Shown: piece after piece, positions 23,488 through 36,400 of the stretch
Numbering within the stretch: the first letter of the stretch is position 1
Layout: each line of letters opens with the position of its first letter
DNA from: Octopus sinensis
Taxonomy: Eukaryota
Reading direction: 5' to 3'
DNA: 64,000 nt
Assembly (NCBI RefSeq): GCF_006345805.1
Contig: NC_043025.1
Span: 5,518,001 to 5,582,000 of the forward strand
Notes under the pieces: generated by a model
Databases searched by the model: none
Seen by the model: the letters and a program-made list of their open reading frames with translations, nothing else
Told to the model about the DNA's origin: nothing
Translations under genes and position numbers: made by a program

Positions 23488-24680
23488 GGTGCCTGTAACA
23501 TGTTGCTGTCACGGGTACCTGTAACATGTTGCTGTCACCGGTGCCTGTAACAGGTTGCTGTCACCGGTGCCTGTAACATGTTGCTGTCATGGGTGCCTGT
23601 AACAGGTTGCTGTCATGGGTGCCTGTAACATGTTGCTGTCATGGGTGCCTGTAACATGTTGCTGTCATGGGTGCCTGTAACATGTTGCTGTCACCGGTGC
23701 CTGTAACATGTTGCTGTCACGGGTGCCTGTAACATGTTGCTGTCACGGGTGCCTGTAACATGTTGCTGTCACGGGTGCCTGTAACATGTTGCTGTCATGG
23801 GTGCCTGTAACATGTTGCTGTCATGGGTGCCTGTAACATGTTGCTGTCATGGGTGCCTGTAACATGTTGCTGTCACCGGTGCCTGTAACATGTTGCTGTC
23901 ACGGTGCCTGTAACATGTTGCTGTCACGGGTGCCTGTAACATGTTGCTGTCACGGGTGCCTGTAACATGTTGCTGTCACGGGTGCCTGTAACATGTTGCT
24001 GTCATGGGTGCCTGTAACATGTTGCTGTCATGGGTGCCTGTAACATGTTGCTGTCATGGGTGCCTGTAACATGTTGCTGTCATGGGTGCCTGTAACATGT
24101 TGCTGTCACGGGTGCCTGTAACATGTTGCTGTCACGGGTGCCTGTAACATGTGCTGTCATGGGTGCCTGTAACATGTGCTGTCATGGGTGCCTGTACATG
24201 TTGCTGTCATGGTGCCTGTAACATGTTGCTGTCACGGGTGCCTGTAACATGTTGCTGTCACGGGTGCCTGTAACATGTTGCTGTCACGGGTGCCTGTAAC
24301 ATGTTGCTGTCACGGGTGCCTGTAACAGGTTGCTGTCACGGGTGCCTGTAACATGTTGCTGTCACGGGTGCCTGTAACATGTTGCTGTCACGGGTGCCTG
24401 TAACATGTTGCTGTCACGGGTGCCTGTAACATGTTGCTGTCACGGGTGCCTGTAACATGTTGCTGTCACGGTGCCTGTAACATGTTGCTGTCACGGGTGC
24501 CTGTAACATGTTGCTGTCACGGTGCCTGTAACATGTTGCTGTCACGGGTGCCTGTAACATGTTGCTGTCACGGGTGCCTGTAACAGTTGCTGTCACGGGT
24601 GCCTGTAACAGGTTGCTGTCACGGGTGCCTGTAACAGGTTGCTGTCACGGGTGCCTGTAACATGTTGCTGTCACGGGCGC
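23488..24680. repeat. 26-bp minisatellite (~45 copies)
   Basis: Unit GGTGCCTGTAACATGTTGCTGTCA(C/T)G. Confidence 0.97.
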
Positions 24681-25809
24681 CTCTCTCTTTATCATTCTTT
24701 ATCACACACTCATTCTCTCTCTCCTTCTTAGTGGGTAGCCTTGTATCTCCTCTACAGCAACACACCTGTTTCTTATTTCTTTATTGCCCACAAGGGGCTA
24801 AACATATAGGAGACAAACAAGGACAGACAAACGGATTAAGTCGATTGCATCGAACCCCAGTGCGTAACTGGTACTTATTTAATCGACCCCGAAAGGATGA
24901 AAGGCAAAGTCGACCTCGGCGGATTTTGAACTCAGAACGTAGCGACAGACAAAATACCGCTAAGCATTTCGCCCGGCGTTCTAACATTTATTTCTTTATT
25001 GCCCACAAGGGGCTAAACATAGAGGGAACAAACAAGGACAGACAAAGGGATTAAGTTGATTGCATCGACCCCAGTGTGTAACTGGTACTTATTTAATCAA
25101 CCCCGAAAGGATGAAAGGTAAAGTTGACCTCAGCCGAATTTGAACTCAGAATGTAACAACAGACGAAATACCTATTTCTTTACTACCCACAAGGGGCTAA
25201 ACATAGAGGGGACAAGCAAGGACAGACAAAGGGATTAAGTCGATTACATCGACCCCAGTGCGTAGGGTCTTCTTTAGTATTAGAGCTAATCCATCTGACA
25301 CTTAATCTCATTGACCTCATTGGATTTGGACAGTCTTAGAGAACTAGGGGCTTGGAGAACTATGGGAGAACCTTACTCTTAAGATCAGTTCAACAAAATA
25401 CTCTCCCCTCCTCAAAAGCTCAAAGGCCTAATGTTGTTAAGGAATATCATATTCTCTGAATATGATATAGATACACTGAAGCTCCAACGTCTGGCAACTG
25501 ACTTAGTAAACACCTACAAAATTACTAACCATCGTGCCAACAACCACCTTGAACACCTCTTTGAGCTCCATGTGTCTAACACATGTGGGCACACCTACCA
25601 AAGTCAGAAAACAGCACAATTCCCATGACTTTTGGAAGCATTTTTTCACTCTCAGAGTTGCTGAAGCATGCAACAAACTACCTGCATCAGTTCCTAGCTG
25701 CTGAGACATTGCATCCTTTAAAACCTCCATGCTTCCTGAAATTCGCCAACACTACACCTGATATCCACCCACCCCATTCTGCTCCATATAACATGCACAC
25801 ATGTATATC

Positions 25810-26049
25810 TATTTCTATTTCTTTACTACCCACAAGGGGCTAAACACAGAGGGGACAAACAAGGACAGAGAAACGGATTAAGTCGATTAGATCGATCCCA
25901 GTGCGTAACTGGTACTTAATTTATTGACCCCGAAAGGATGAAAGGCAAAGTCAACCTCGGCGGAATTTGAACTCAGAACGTAGCGGCAGACGAAATACGG
26001 CTACACATTTCGCCCGGCGTGCTAAGGTTTCTGCCAGATCACCGCCTAT
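25810..26049 (-). mobile_element. SINE family B monomer with 13-bp TSD, inserted in a CR1 3' end
   Basis: TSD ACACATGTATATC at 25797-25809 and 26050-26062; (AGAAAT)n tail. Other monomers at 22752-22984(+), 31036-31270(-), 32964-33196(-). Confidence 0.9.
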
Positions 26050-26679
26050 ACACATGTATATCATGACTCATACACTGTTCACTTTCCTGACTTGTGTACA
26101 TAATTCTATGTACTATACATGCACCTTTGATGAGTTGTAGTGCACCTGGGAAATATACACAATAATTTCATTATTATTATTATATTGTCCTTTGGTGAAT
26201 TATGGCCCATTTCATCGTTTAGCGTCTGCTTTCCATGCTAGCATGGGTTGGACGGTTCAACTGGGGTCTGGGAAGCCAGAAGGCTGCACCAGGCCCAGTC
26301 TGATCTGGCAATGTTTCTACGGCTGGATGCCCTTCCTAACGCCAACCACTCCATGAGTGTAGTGGGTGCTTTTTACGTGCCACCTTTTCCTGTGCGGGTG
26401 GCACGTAAAAAGCACCCTCTACACTCTCGGAGTGGTTGGCGTTAGGAAGGGCATCCAGCCGTAGAAACATTGCCAGATCAGACTGGGCCTGGTGCAGCCT
26501 TCTGGCTTCTCAGACCCTGGTCGAACCGTCCAACCCATGCTAGCATGGAAAGCGGATGCTAAATGAAGATGATGATGATATATATATACACACACACAAG
26601 CACACTAAATCCTGTTGTACAACCGGATTTATTAAGCAATACTTTGTACAAAATACAGGCTTTTATTTACACCACCACA

Positions 26680-27140
26680 ACTACTATTACTATTACGACA
26701 ACCACCACCGACAACAACAGCACTATCACCACTACTACTGCTATTACTACCACATTCACCACCACCACTACTGCTACCACCACCGACAACAGCAACACTG
26801 TTACCATCGCCACTACTACTGCTATTGCTACCACATCCACCACCACCACTACCACCACCAACAGCACTGTTACCACCACCACCGCCAACAGCACTGTTAC
26901 TACCACCACTACTACTGCTATTACTACCACATCCACCACCACCACTACTATTACTATTACGACAACCACCACCGACAACAACAGCACTATCACCACTACT
27001 ACTGCTGTTACTACCACATTCACCACCACCACTACTACTGCTGTTACTACCACATTCACCACCACCACCACTACTACTACTTCTATTGCTACCACATCCA
27101 CCACCACCAGCAACAATAACACTATTACTACTACTACTAC
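26680..27140. repeat. (CAC/TAC)n trinucleotide-rich repeat
   Basis: Source of the poly-Thr/His/Val/Gly-Ser pseudo-ORFs. Confidence 0.9.
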
Positions 27141-27188
27141 AAGTTATGGGGATGTAAACAAACCAACAATGGTTGTCAAACAGTGGTA

Positions 27189-27228
<40 letters not shown>

Positions 27229-27230
<2 letters not shown>

Positions 27231-28527
27231 CAGATATGTGTGCATAAGACTATTAAATTATTGCACAGGGGTTCCTCGAGCCAGTGGAACGTTTCCTTGG
27301 GGTTCCGCTCCAGCAAAAAGGTTGAAAAGCACTGATATATATATATATTATATATATATATATATATATATCAGTGGTTTTCAACCAGGGTTCCGCCAGT
27401 ACAGTCCAGGGGTTCCGCAAGAAGGTAAAAAACTGCTAAAATCGGCAGTAATTTTTAATTCTCCTGTGCAGATATGTGTGCATAAGACTATTAAATTATT
27501 GCACAGGGGGGTTCCTCAAGCCAGTGGAATGTTTCCTTGGGGTTCCGCTCCAGCAAAAAGTTTGAAAAGCACTGATATATATATATATATATCAGTGGTT
27601 TTCAACCAGAGTTCCGCCAGTACAGTCCAGGGGTTCCGCAAGAAGTTACAAAAATGCTAAAATCGACAGTAATTTTTAATTCTCCTGTGCAGATATGTGT
27701 GCATAAGACTATTAAATTATTGCACAGGGGTTCCTCGAGCCAGTGGAATGTTTCCTTGGGGTTCCGCTCCAGCAAAAAGGTTGAAAAGCACTGCTTTAAA
27801 GCAAGATCTTTGTCTCCTAGAACGAGGGGAAGTCTTGGGTGGCTGCTATCAAAAGGGTTAATATGGTAACTAAATAAATAGATACGCCCTTTTAAAGCTT
27901 AGCCAGGCTCATGGGCCTGGTTTCCCGGTTTCTATGGCGTATGTGTTCCCCAGCTGGACAGGACGCCAGTCCATCGCAGCATTACTCATTTTTGCTTGCT
28001 GAGTGGACTGGAGCAACGTGAAAATGAAGCGTTTTGCTCAAGAACACAACACGTCGCCCTGTCCAGGAATCGAAACCACAATTTTACGATCATGATGCTG
28101 ACACCCTAACCCAGTGCTTTTCAGCCTTTTTGCTGGAGCGGAACCCCAAGAAAACATTCCACTGGCTCGAAGAACCTCTGTGCAATAATTTAAGTCTTAT
28201 GCACACATATCTGCACAGGAGAATTAAAAATTACTGCCGATTTTAGCAGTTTTGTAACATCTTGCGGAACCCCTGGACTGTACTGGCGGAACTCTGGTTG
28301 AAAACCACTGATATATATATATATATCAGTGCTTTTCAAACTTTTTGCTGGAGCGGAACCCCAAGGAAACATTCCACTGGCTCGAGGAACCCCTGTGCAA
28401 TAATTTAATAGTCTTATGCACACATATCTGCACAGGAGAATTAAAAATTACTGTCGATTTTAGCATTTTTGTAATTTCTTGCGGAACCCCTGGACTGTAC
28501 TGGCGGAACCCTGGTTGAAAACCACTA
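27229..28527. mobile_element. hAT (Charlie-like) MITE clusters in inverted orientation
   Basis: CAGTGGTTTTCAAC...TTGAAAAGCACTG ~200-bp units joined by (TA)n. + block 27229-27793, - block 28112-28527. Confidence 0.85.
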
Positions 28528-28599
28528 AGCCATGCACCTCGAATATGGTAACTAAAGGTTTAACTTAATTCATTTTTATATTTTTTGCTGCCCTTCCAG

Positions 28600-28718
28600 A
28601 GTCTTCATCGCACATATCAGAAAAAGCTCACCGAGATGGTCAGCCTACAAGACAAGTGCCTCAAACAAATTGCCCATCACAGATATCGGATGAAAACAAT
28701 TCAGGAAAGTTTAAAACG
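28600..28718 (+). CDS. TMEM120: TMEM120 exon 2
   Basis: ccttccag|AGT...CG|gtgagt. SLHRTYQKKLTEMVSLQDKCLKQIAHHRYRMKTIQESLK(R), coiled-coil region like ETHRLYRLKLEELTKLQ. 119 nt. Confidence 0.92.
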
Positions 28719-28756
28719 GTGAGTATTAATAGTTGTATTAATCCTTTCTACAAAAG

Positions 28757-29907
28757 CAGTGGTTCCCAAACTTTATCGGGCTGCTGCCCGCTTGCCCCTC
28801 AGGCCACATTCCTAGTGCCCCCACCTCAGCTAACCATCACAAACATAGACCCCTTTCTGAAGCAAATTCAAAGAAACTGTATTTCACGAATAAAAATTAA
28901 CCTAATGAACCCGTTATTTTGTTGTTTTTACACGAATTGCTACCCCATTATTGCCCCACTTTTTACATGAATCACTACCCCATTATTGCCCCACTTTTTA
29001 CAGGAATCACTACCCATTATTGCCCCAGTTTTTACACGAATCACACCACCCATTATTGCCCTATTTTTTACAGGAATCACTACCCCATTATTGCCCCACT
29101 TTTTACAGGAATTACTACCCCATTATTGCCCCACTTTTTACAGGAATCACTACCCCATTATTGCCTCACTTTTTACACGAATCACTACCCCATTATTGCC
29201 CCACTTTTTACAGGAATTACTATCCCATTATTGCCCCACTTTTTACACGAATCACTACCCCATTATTGCCCTATTTTTTACAGGAATCACTACCCCATTA
29301 TTGCCCCACTTTTTACAGGAATCACTACCCCATTATTGCCCCACTTTTTACAGGAATCACTACCCCATTATTGCCCCACTTTTTACAGGAATTACTACCC
29401 CATTATTGCCCCACTTTTTACAGGAATTACTACCCCATTATTGCTCCACTTTTTACATGAATCACTACCCATTATTGCCCCACTTTTTACACGAATCACT
29501 ACCCCATTATTGCCCCACTTTTTACATGAATTACTACCCCATTATTGCCCCACTTTTTACATGAATCACTATCCCGTTATTGCCCCACTTTTTACATGAA
29601 TCACTACCCCATTATTACCCCACTTTTTACATGAATCACTACCCCATTGTTACCCCACTTTTTACATGAATCCCTACTCCATTATTACCCCACTTTTTAC
29701 ATGAATTCCTACTCCATTATTACCCCACTTTTTACATGAATCACTACCCCATTATTACCCCACTTTTTACATGAATCACTACCCCATTATTGCCCCACTT
29801 TTTACATGAATTACTACCCGATTATTGCCCCACATTCCTTCAACGTTGCTTTGGAACTTTCAACTGCCCTCAGACAGTGACAATACTGCACACTTTGGGA
29901 ACCACTG
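28757..29907. mobile_element. hAT MITE containing a 35-bp minisatellite (~25 copies)
   Basis: TIRs CAGTGGTTCCCAAA / TTTGGGAACCACTG; 8-bp TSD TACAAAAG / TACAATAG; unit TTTTACAGGAATCACTACCCCATTATTGCCCCACT. Confidence 0.9.
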
Positions 29908-31712
29908 TACAATAGGCATAAGGCCTAAAATTTAGAGAAAGGGTTATGTCAATTATATTGAGCCCAGTACCCAATTGGTACTTAGTTTATCGACCCCGAA
30001 AGGATAAAAGGCAAAGTCAACTTTAGCAGAATTTGAACTCAGAACAGAGCGACGGGTGGTAGGCATAAAGCCTGAAATTTATGGGGAAGTTGGTAGTTGA
30101 TTACATCGACCTCAGTACTTGTTTCATTGGTACTTTGTTGTACTTGTTTCATTTGTACTTCATTGGTTTCATTGGTACCCTGGTACTTACTGCATTCACT
30201 CTGAAAGGATGAAAGGCAAAGGTGACCCCACAGAATTTGCCTTTTACATGGCATTATCACCGGTGCTTTTTAGGAGTATCAAGGACCACATCATCCAGTG
30301 ACCCCTTCCTTTCCAGAGGATAGCATATGCCACTGAATAGGACCAACTTTAGAAGAAGCTGCAAGGAGAATTTCTGAGCTATACAGCCCTTCATACACCT
30401 CTCTGCAAAATCACCAGTGCAGCCTAGGCACAACTGTGGTCAACCAAATCCACACACATGGTTTTGATCGTTCTGCGAGGCTGTAGTAGGAAAAACCTTC
30501 CGAAGGTGCCATGCAGTGGGCCTGAACCTGGAACCATTCAGTTGGGAAGCAAACTTCTTACCACCACAACAGTGCCCTGTTTTAGATAACGCTACATAGA
30601 CTGTAAACCTGAAGTCACTTTGTCCTTATAAGCAGTATCTTTGTGAGCAGGAAAAGAAATATATATATATGTATATGTATATATACATACACTTTATTTA
30701 AAGCAGCAGAAAATTCAACAAAACCTGTTACTCTGAGTTTCCCGTTGCCGTTCATCGGACAGTCAACCGAATCCACACACATGGCTTTGATCATTCTGCG
30801 AGGCTGTTGTAGGAAAAACCTCCCGAAGGTACCAAGCAGTGGGCCTGAACCTGGAACCATTCTAGCAAAAACTGTCCGATGAATGGCAACGGGAAACTCA
30901 GAGTAACAGATTTTGTTGAATTTTCTGCTGCTTTAAATAAAACATATTACTCTACCACTGGTATTTGAGGACTCTTTTTTCCACCTTGTTTCACATTTAT
31001 GTGTTTACTCCGGTATATATATATATATATATATATTTGTTTCTTTACTGCCCACAAGGGGCCAAACATAGAGGGGACAAACAAGGACAGACAAACGGAT
31101 TAAGTCGATTACATTGACCCCAGTGTGTAACTGGTACTTAATTTATCGACCCCGAAAGGATGAAAGGCAAAGTTGACCTCAGCGGAATTTGAACCCAGAA
31201 TGTAATGGCAGACGAAATACAGCTACACATTTCGCCTGGCGTGCTAACGTTTCTGCCAGCTCGCCGCCTTCATATATAGGTCTCCTCTAGCACAGCAAAA
31301 CACCAGATATCTCAGTCCTTTACAGTGCAGTCAGTTTATGCCAGCGCCGCCTCGACTGACTTGCGTGCTGTTGGCACGTAAAAAGCACCATCCAAATCGT
31401 AGCCGAAGCCAGTGCCGCCTCGACTGGCTTCCGTGCCGGTGGCACGTAAAATGCACCAATCCGACCGTGGCCGTTGCCAGCCTCGCCTGGCACCTGTGCA
31501 GGTGGGACGTAAAAAGCACCCACTACACTCACGGAGTGGTTGGCGTTAGGAAGGGCATCCAGCTGTAGAAACATTGCCAGATAAGACTGGAGCCTGGTGC
31601 AGCCTTCTGGCTTCCCAGGTCCCCGGTCGAACTGTCCAACCCATGCTAGTATGGAGAACGGACGTTGAACGATGATGATGATATATATTGTACATATAAT
31701 CTTTAATTTCAG

Positions 31713-31829
31713 AAACACAAAAGACTTATCTGCGGAAGACAAATCGGAGATGAAGTCCCTTCAACAGAAACTCTTAGATAGAAAGGAAGCCTTCCGTGAA
31801 CTTGAAGAGTGTTTGCCTCATCAAAACGG
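31713..31829 (+). CDS. TMEM120: TMEM120 exon 3
   Basis: tttcag|A AAC...GG|gtaag. NTKDLSAEDKSEMKSLQQKLLDRKEAFRELEECLPHQN(G), compare MEAYLPKKNG. 117 nt. Confidence 0.92.
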
Positions 31830-33429
31830 GTAAGAAACCAGTTCTGCACACTTCGTTTACTTATGGTTTTGGCCTTTTAACTTCACTTAGTGTTTAATCT
31901 TTTTTTAGTCATTGGACTGTGGCCATGCTGGGGCACTGCCTCGAAGAAATTTAGCTGAATGGATCAATACCAGTACTTTTTTTTTCAAGCCTGGAACTTA
32001 GAATATTGGTGTCTTTTGTCAAACCACTATTTTACGGGGACGTAAACACACCAACTGGTTGTCAGGTGGTAGGGGAGGGGGACAAACACATACACACGCA
32101 CATGTGTGTGTGTGTGTGTGTGAGGGCACATGGCCTAGTGGTTAGGGCAGGCACGTGCTGTCAGTAATTACTCAGGGTTGGCAATTGGTGACCTGTATTT
32201 AGTAAAACACACAAAAAATAAGCAAAAACACAGGTGCATGACTGAGTTGAAGGCAGATTTACTTCTGCCTTTATAACATGTAAAGAAAAAGTTGTTGTAG
32301 GAGTGTACACAGAATGTGTACTACAGCAATATTGTGCGTAGCTTAAATACTGAGATTGAAAAAGCAGGAGAGAATTATGCCTACCTAGGCTACAAAAAAT
32401 TTTAATATTTTGTACTTTATGCACAGTAATCAGAGTAACCTTCATAATTTTATTGAATTAGGGGCATATTTTGCCATAAAAGGAAAATGTTAATATCGAT
32501 CTATTTTATTCAAGTTAGGCTTTGCCTACCTTGGCGGCACGTCCCTGGGTTAGGGGTGCTCCACTCATGATTGCAAGATCATGATTTCAGTTCCTAGACC
32601 AGGTAGCACGTTGTATTCTTGAGCAAAACTCATCTCGTGTTGCTCTGTGATCACTTCGACACCTGACACGTGGTAGACTTGTGCACCTGTTCAGGCAACA
32701 TCGATTTGATGGAGGGAGTGATCCAACGTACAACACGAATATTTGATCACAGTAAACGAATGATTTGTGAAGGTCATTTGGCAAAAAAACTGAACACTCT
32801 TCAATGGGAGAATCCATCATCATGTACAACAAGCTTCGTTCAGTTTCCATCTGCCAAATTCACTCACAAGGCTTTGGTCGGCCCAAGGCTGCAGTGGAAG
32901 ATATTTCCCATGATGCCATGCTGTGGGACTGAACCCGGAACCATGGGGTCAGGAAGCAAGCTTCTTATTTCTTTATTGCCCACAAGGGGCTAAACATAGA
33001 GGGGACAAACAAGGGCAGACAAATGGATTAAATCGATTACATCGACCCCAGTGCATAACTGGTACTTAATTTATCGACCCCGAAAGGATGAAAGGCAAAG
33101 TTGACCTCGGCAGAGTTTGAACTCAGAATGTAACAGCAGATGAAATACCACGAAGCATTTTGCCCAGCGTACTAACATTTGTCAGGTTGCCGCCTTCCTT
33201 ACCACACAGCCACACCTATGTGTCACCTGGTCAGTTTGAATATAAAACGGGCAGAATATTTAGGCCAAGTACGAATGGTTTAAATGCTAAAGGGATAATC
33301 TCTTAGCATCCAAATTACTCTGAGTTAATCCTGTATCATCTTGTAGCTTCATGATTTTAACAATGTGATTGTTTGTTTGTAGAATGACATTGTAAGGTAG
33401 GTGCGAGAGGCAGGATCTGGCCTTGTTTT

Positions 33430-36400
33430 GAATTAATCATGCATTGTCTCATAGCTTTGAGATTTCAAAGATGTGATTGTTTATTTTTAGAATGACATTG
33501 TAGGGTAGGTGTGAGAGGCTGGATCTGGCCTTGTTTTGAATTAATCATGCATTATCTCATAGCTTTGAGATTTCAAAGATGGGATTGTTTATTTTTAGAA
33601 TGACATTGTAGGGTAGGTGTGAGAGGCTGGATCTGGCCTTGTTTTGAATTAATCATGCATTATCTCATAGCTTTGAGATTTCAATGATGTGATTGTTTAT
33701 TTTTAGAATGACATTGTAGGGTAGGTGCGAGAGGCTGGATCTGGCTTTGTTTTGAATTAGTTAGTTAGTTAGTTAATTTGGCTCAAAAGCAAATAGCAAG
33801 GCCATGTAGGGGGACATGGAGTTAAGTACAGGGTGGTGTTCATGTAAAGAGTTCAGGCCATTTGAGGTCCAGGGAGGCTTTGAACAAAGCGGTCGTCGGC
33901 ATCTTCACCATCTCGTTTGGCAGCTTGTTCCACGGATCCGCAACCCGGACGGAGAAAGCTCCTCTCCTTCAATTGAGATGAAATCGTCGCAGGTAGAGCT
34001 TTTCGGAATGACCCCGCAGCCGACGCTCTGGAGCAGGAGTGAAGAACAGCTCTTTCGAGAGGTTACACTTTCCGCTCATGATGTTGTGGGCGAGAATGAG
34101 ATCACCACGGCGGCGGCGTTTTTCAAGAGAATAAAGGTCGAGCGTCCTCAGCCTTTCTTCGTAGGACAAATTTTTGAGACCATGATCCATGCGGGTAGCC
34201 AGCTTCTGGACTCTTTCGAGATGCTGCATGTCTTTGAGGAGATAAGGAGAAGAGGCTTGAATCCCATACTCCAATATGGGTCTCACCAGCGTGACATAGA
34301 GTGTCATTCCGAATGACCGTCGAATCAAGAACAGAATTCCACGTGCTTTGTTGGCAGCATGGACGCACTGGGCCGAAGGTGAAAAGGAGGAATCCACCAA
34401 GATACCCGGTCCTTTACCTGATCGGTCCTCTCCAGCAGCAGACGACCCGGCTCGAAATCAAGTTGAGTTGCAGGAGTAGAGCCGACAGGCAGATGACAGC
34501 ACTTTGACACTTTGCAATTAATCATGCATTGTCTCATAGCTTTGAGATTTCAATGATGTGATTGTTTATTTTTAGAATGACATTGTAGGGTAGGTGTGAG
34601 AGGCTGGATCTGGCCTTGTTTTGAATTAATCATGCATTATCTCATAGCTTTGAGATTCAAATGATATGATTGTTTATATTTAGAATGACATTGTAGGGTA
34701 GGTGTGAGAGGCTGGATCTGGCCTTGTTTTGAATTAATCATGCTTTATCTCATAGCTTTGAGATTTCAAAGATGTGATTGTTTATTTTTAGAATGACATT
34801 GTAGGGTAGGTGTGAGAGACAGGATCTGGCCTTGTTTTGAATTAATCATGCATTATCTCATAGCTTTGAGATTCCAATGATGTGATTGTTTATTTTTAGA
34901 ATGACATTGTAGGGTAGGTGTGAGAGGCAGGATCTGGCCTTGTTTTGAATTAATCATGCATTATCTCATAGCTTTGAGATTTCAAAGATGTGATTGTTTA
35001 TTTTAGAATGACATTGTAGGGTAGGTGTGAGAGGCAGGATCTGGCTTTTTTGAATTAATCATGCATTATCTCATAGCTTTGAGATTTCAATGATGTGATT
35101 GTTTATTTTTAGAATGACATTGTAGGGTAGGTGTGAGAGGCAGGATCTGGCTTTGTTTTGAATTAATCATGCATTATCTCATAGCTTTGAGATTTCAATG
35201 ATGTGATTGTTTATTTTTAGAATGACATTGTAGGGTAGGTGCGAGAGGCCGGATCTGGCCTTGTTTTGAATTAATCATGCATTATCTTATAGCTTTTGAG
35301 GTTTCAATGATGTGATTGTTTATATTTAGAATGACATTGTAGGGTAGGTGTGAGAGGCTGGATCTGGCCTTGTTTTGAATTAAACATGCATTATCTCATA
35401 GCTTTGAGATTCAAATGATGTGATTGTTTATATTTAGAATGACATTGTAGGGTAGGTGTGAGAGGCTGGATCTGGCCTTGTTTTGAATTAATCATGCTTT
35501 ATCTCATAGCTTTGAGATTTCAAAGATGTGATTGTTTATTTTTAGAATGACATTGTAGGGTAGGTGTGAGAGACAGGATCTGGCCTTGTTTTGAATTAAT
35601 CATGCATTATCTCATAGCTTTGAGATTTCAAAGATGTGATTGTTTATATTTAGAATGATATTGTAGGGTAGGTGTGAGAGGCTGGATCTGGCCTTGTTTT
35701 GAATTAATCATGCATTATCTCATAGCTTTGAGATTCCAATGATGTGATTGTTTATTTTTAGAATGACATTGTAGGGTAGGTGTGAGAGGCAGGATCTGGC
35801 CTTCTTTTGAATTAATCATGCATTATCTCATAGCTTTGAGATTTCAATGATGTGATTGTTTATTTTTAGAATGACATTGTAGGGTAGGTGTGAGAGGCAG
35901 GATCTGGCCTTGTTTTGAATTAATCATGCATTATCTCATAGCTTTGAGATTGCAATGATGTGATTGTTTATTTTTAGAATGACATTGTAGGGTAGGTGCG
36001 AGAGGCCGGATCTGGCCTTGTTTTGAATTAATCATGCATTATCTTATAGCTTTTGAGGTTTCAATGATGTGATTGTTTATATTTAGAATGACATTGTAGG
36101 GTAGGTGTGAGAGGCTGGATCTGGCCTTGTTTTGAATTAATCATGCATTATCTCATAGCTTTGAGATTTCAATGATGTGATTGTTTATTTTTAGAATGAC
36201 ATTGTAGGGTAGGTGTGAGAGGCAGGATCTGGCCTTGTTTTGAATTAATCATGCATTATCTCATAGCTTTGAGATTTCAATGATGTGATTGTTTATATTT
36301 AGAATGACATTGTAGGGTAGGTGTGAGAGGCAGGATCTGGCCTTGTTTTGAATTAATCATGCATTATCTCATAGCTTTGAGATTTCAATGATGTGATTGT

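Noticed and set aside
33816-34316. 166-aa + strand ORF, repeated at 52627-53124
   Set aside because: It is the antisense frame of the CR1 fragment, shared only because the copies are about 98% identical; no recognisable motif.
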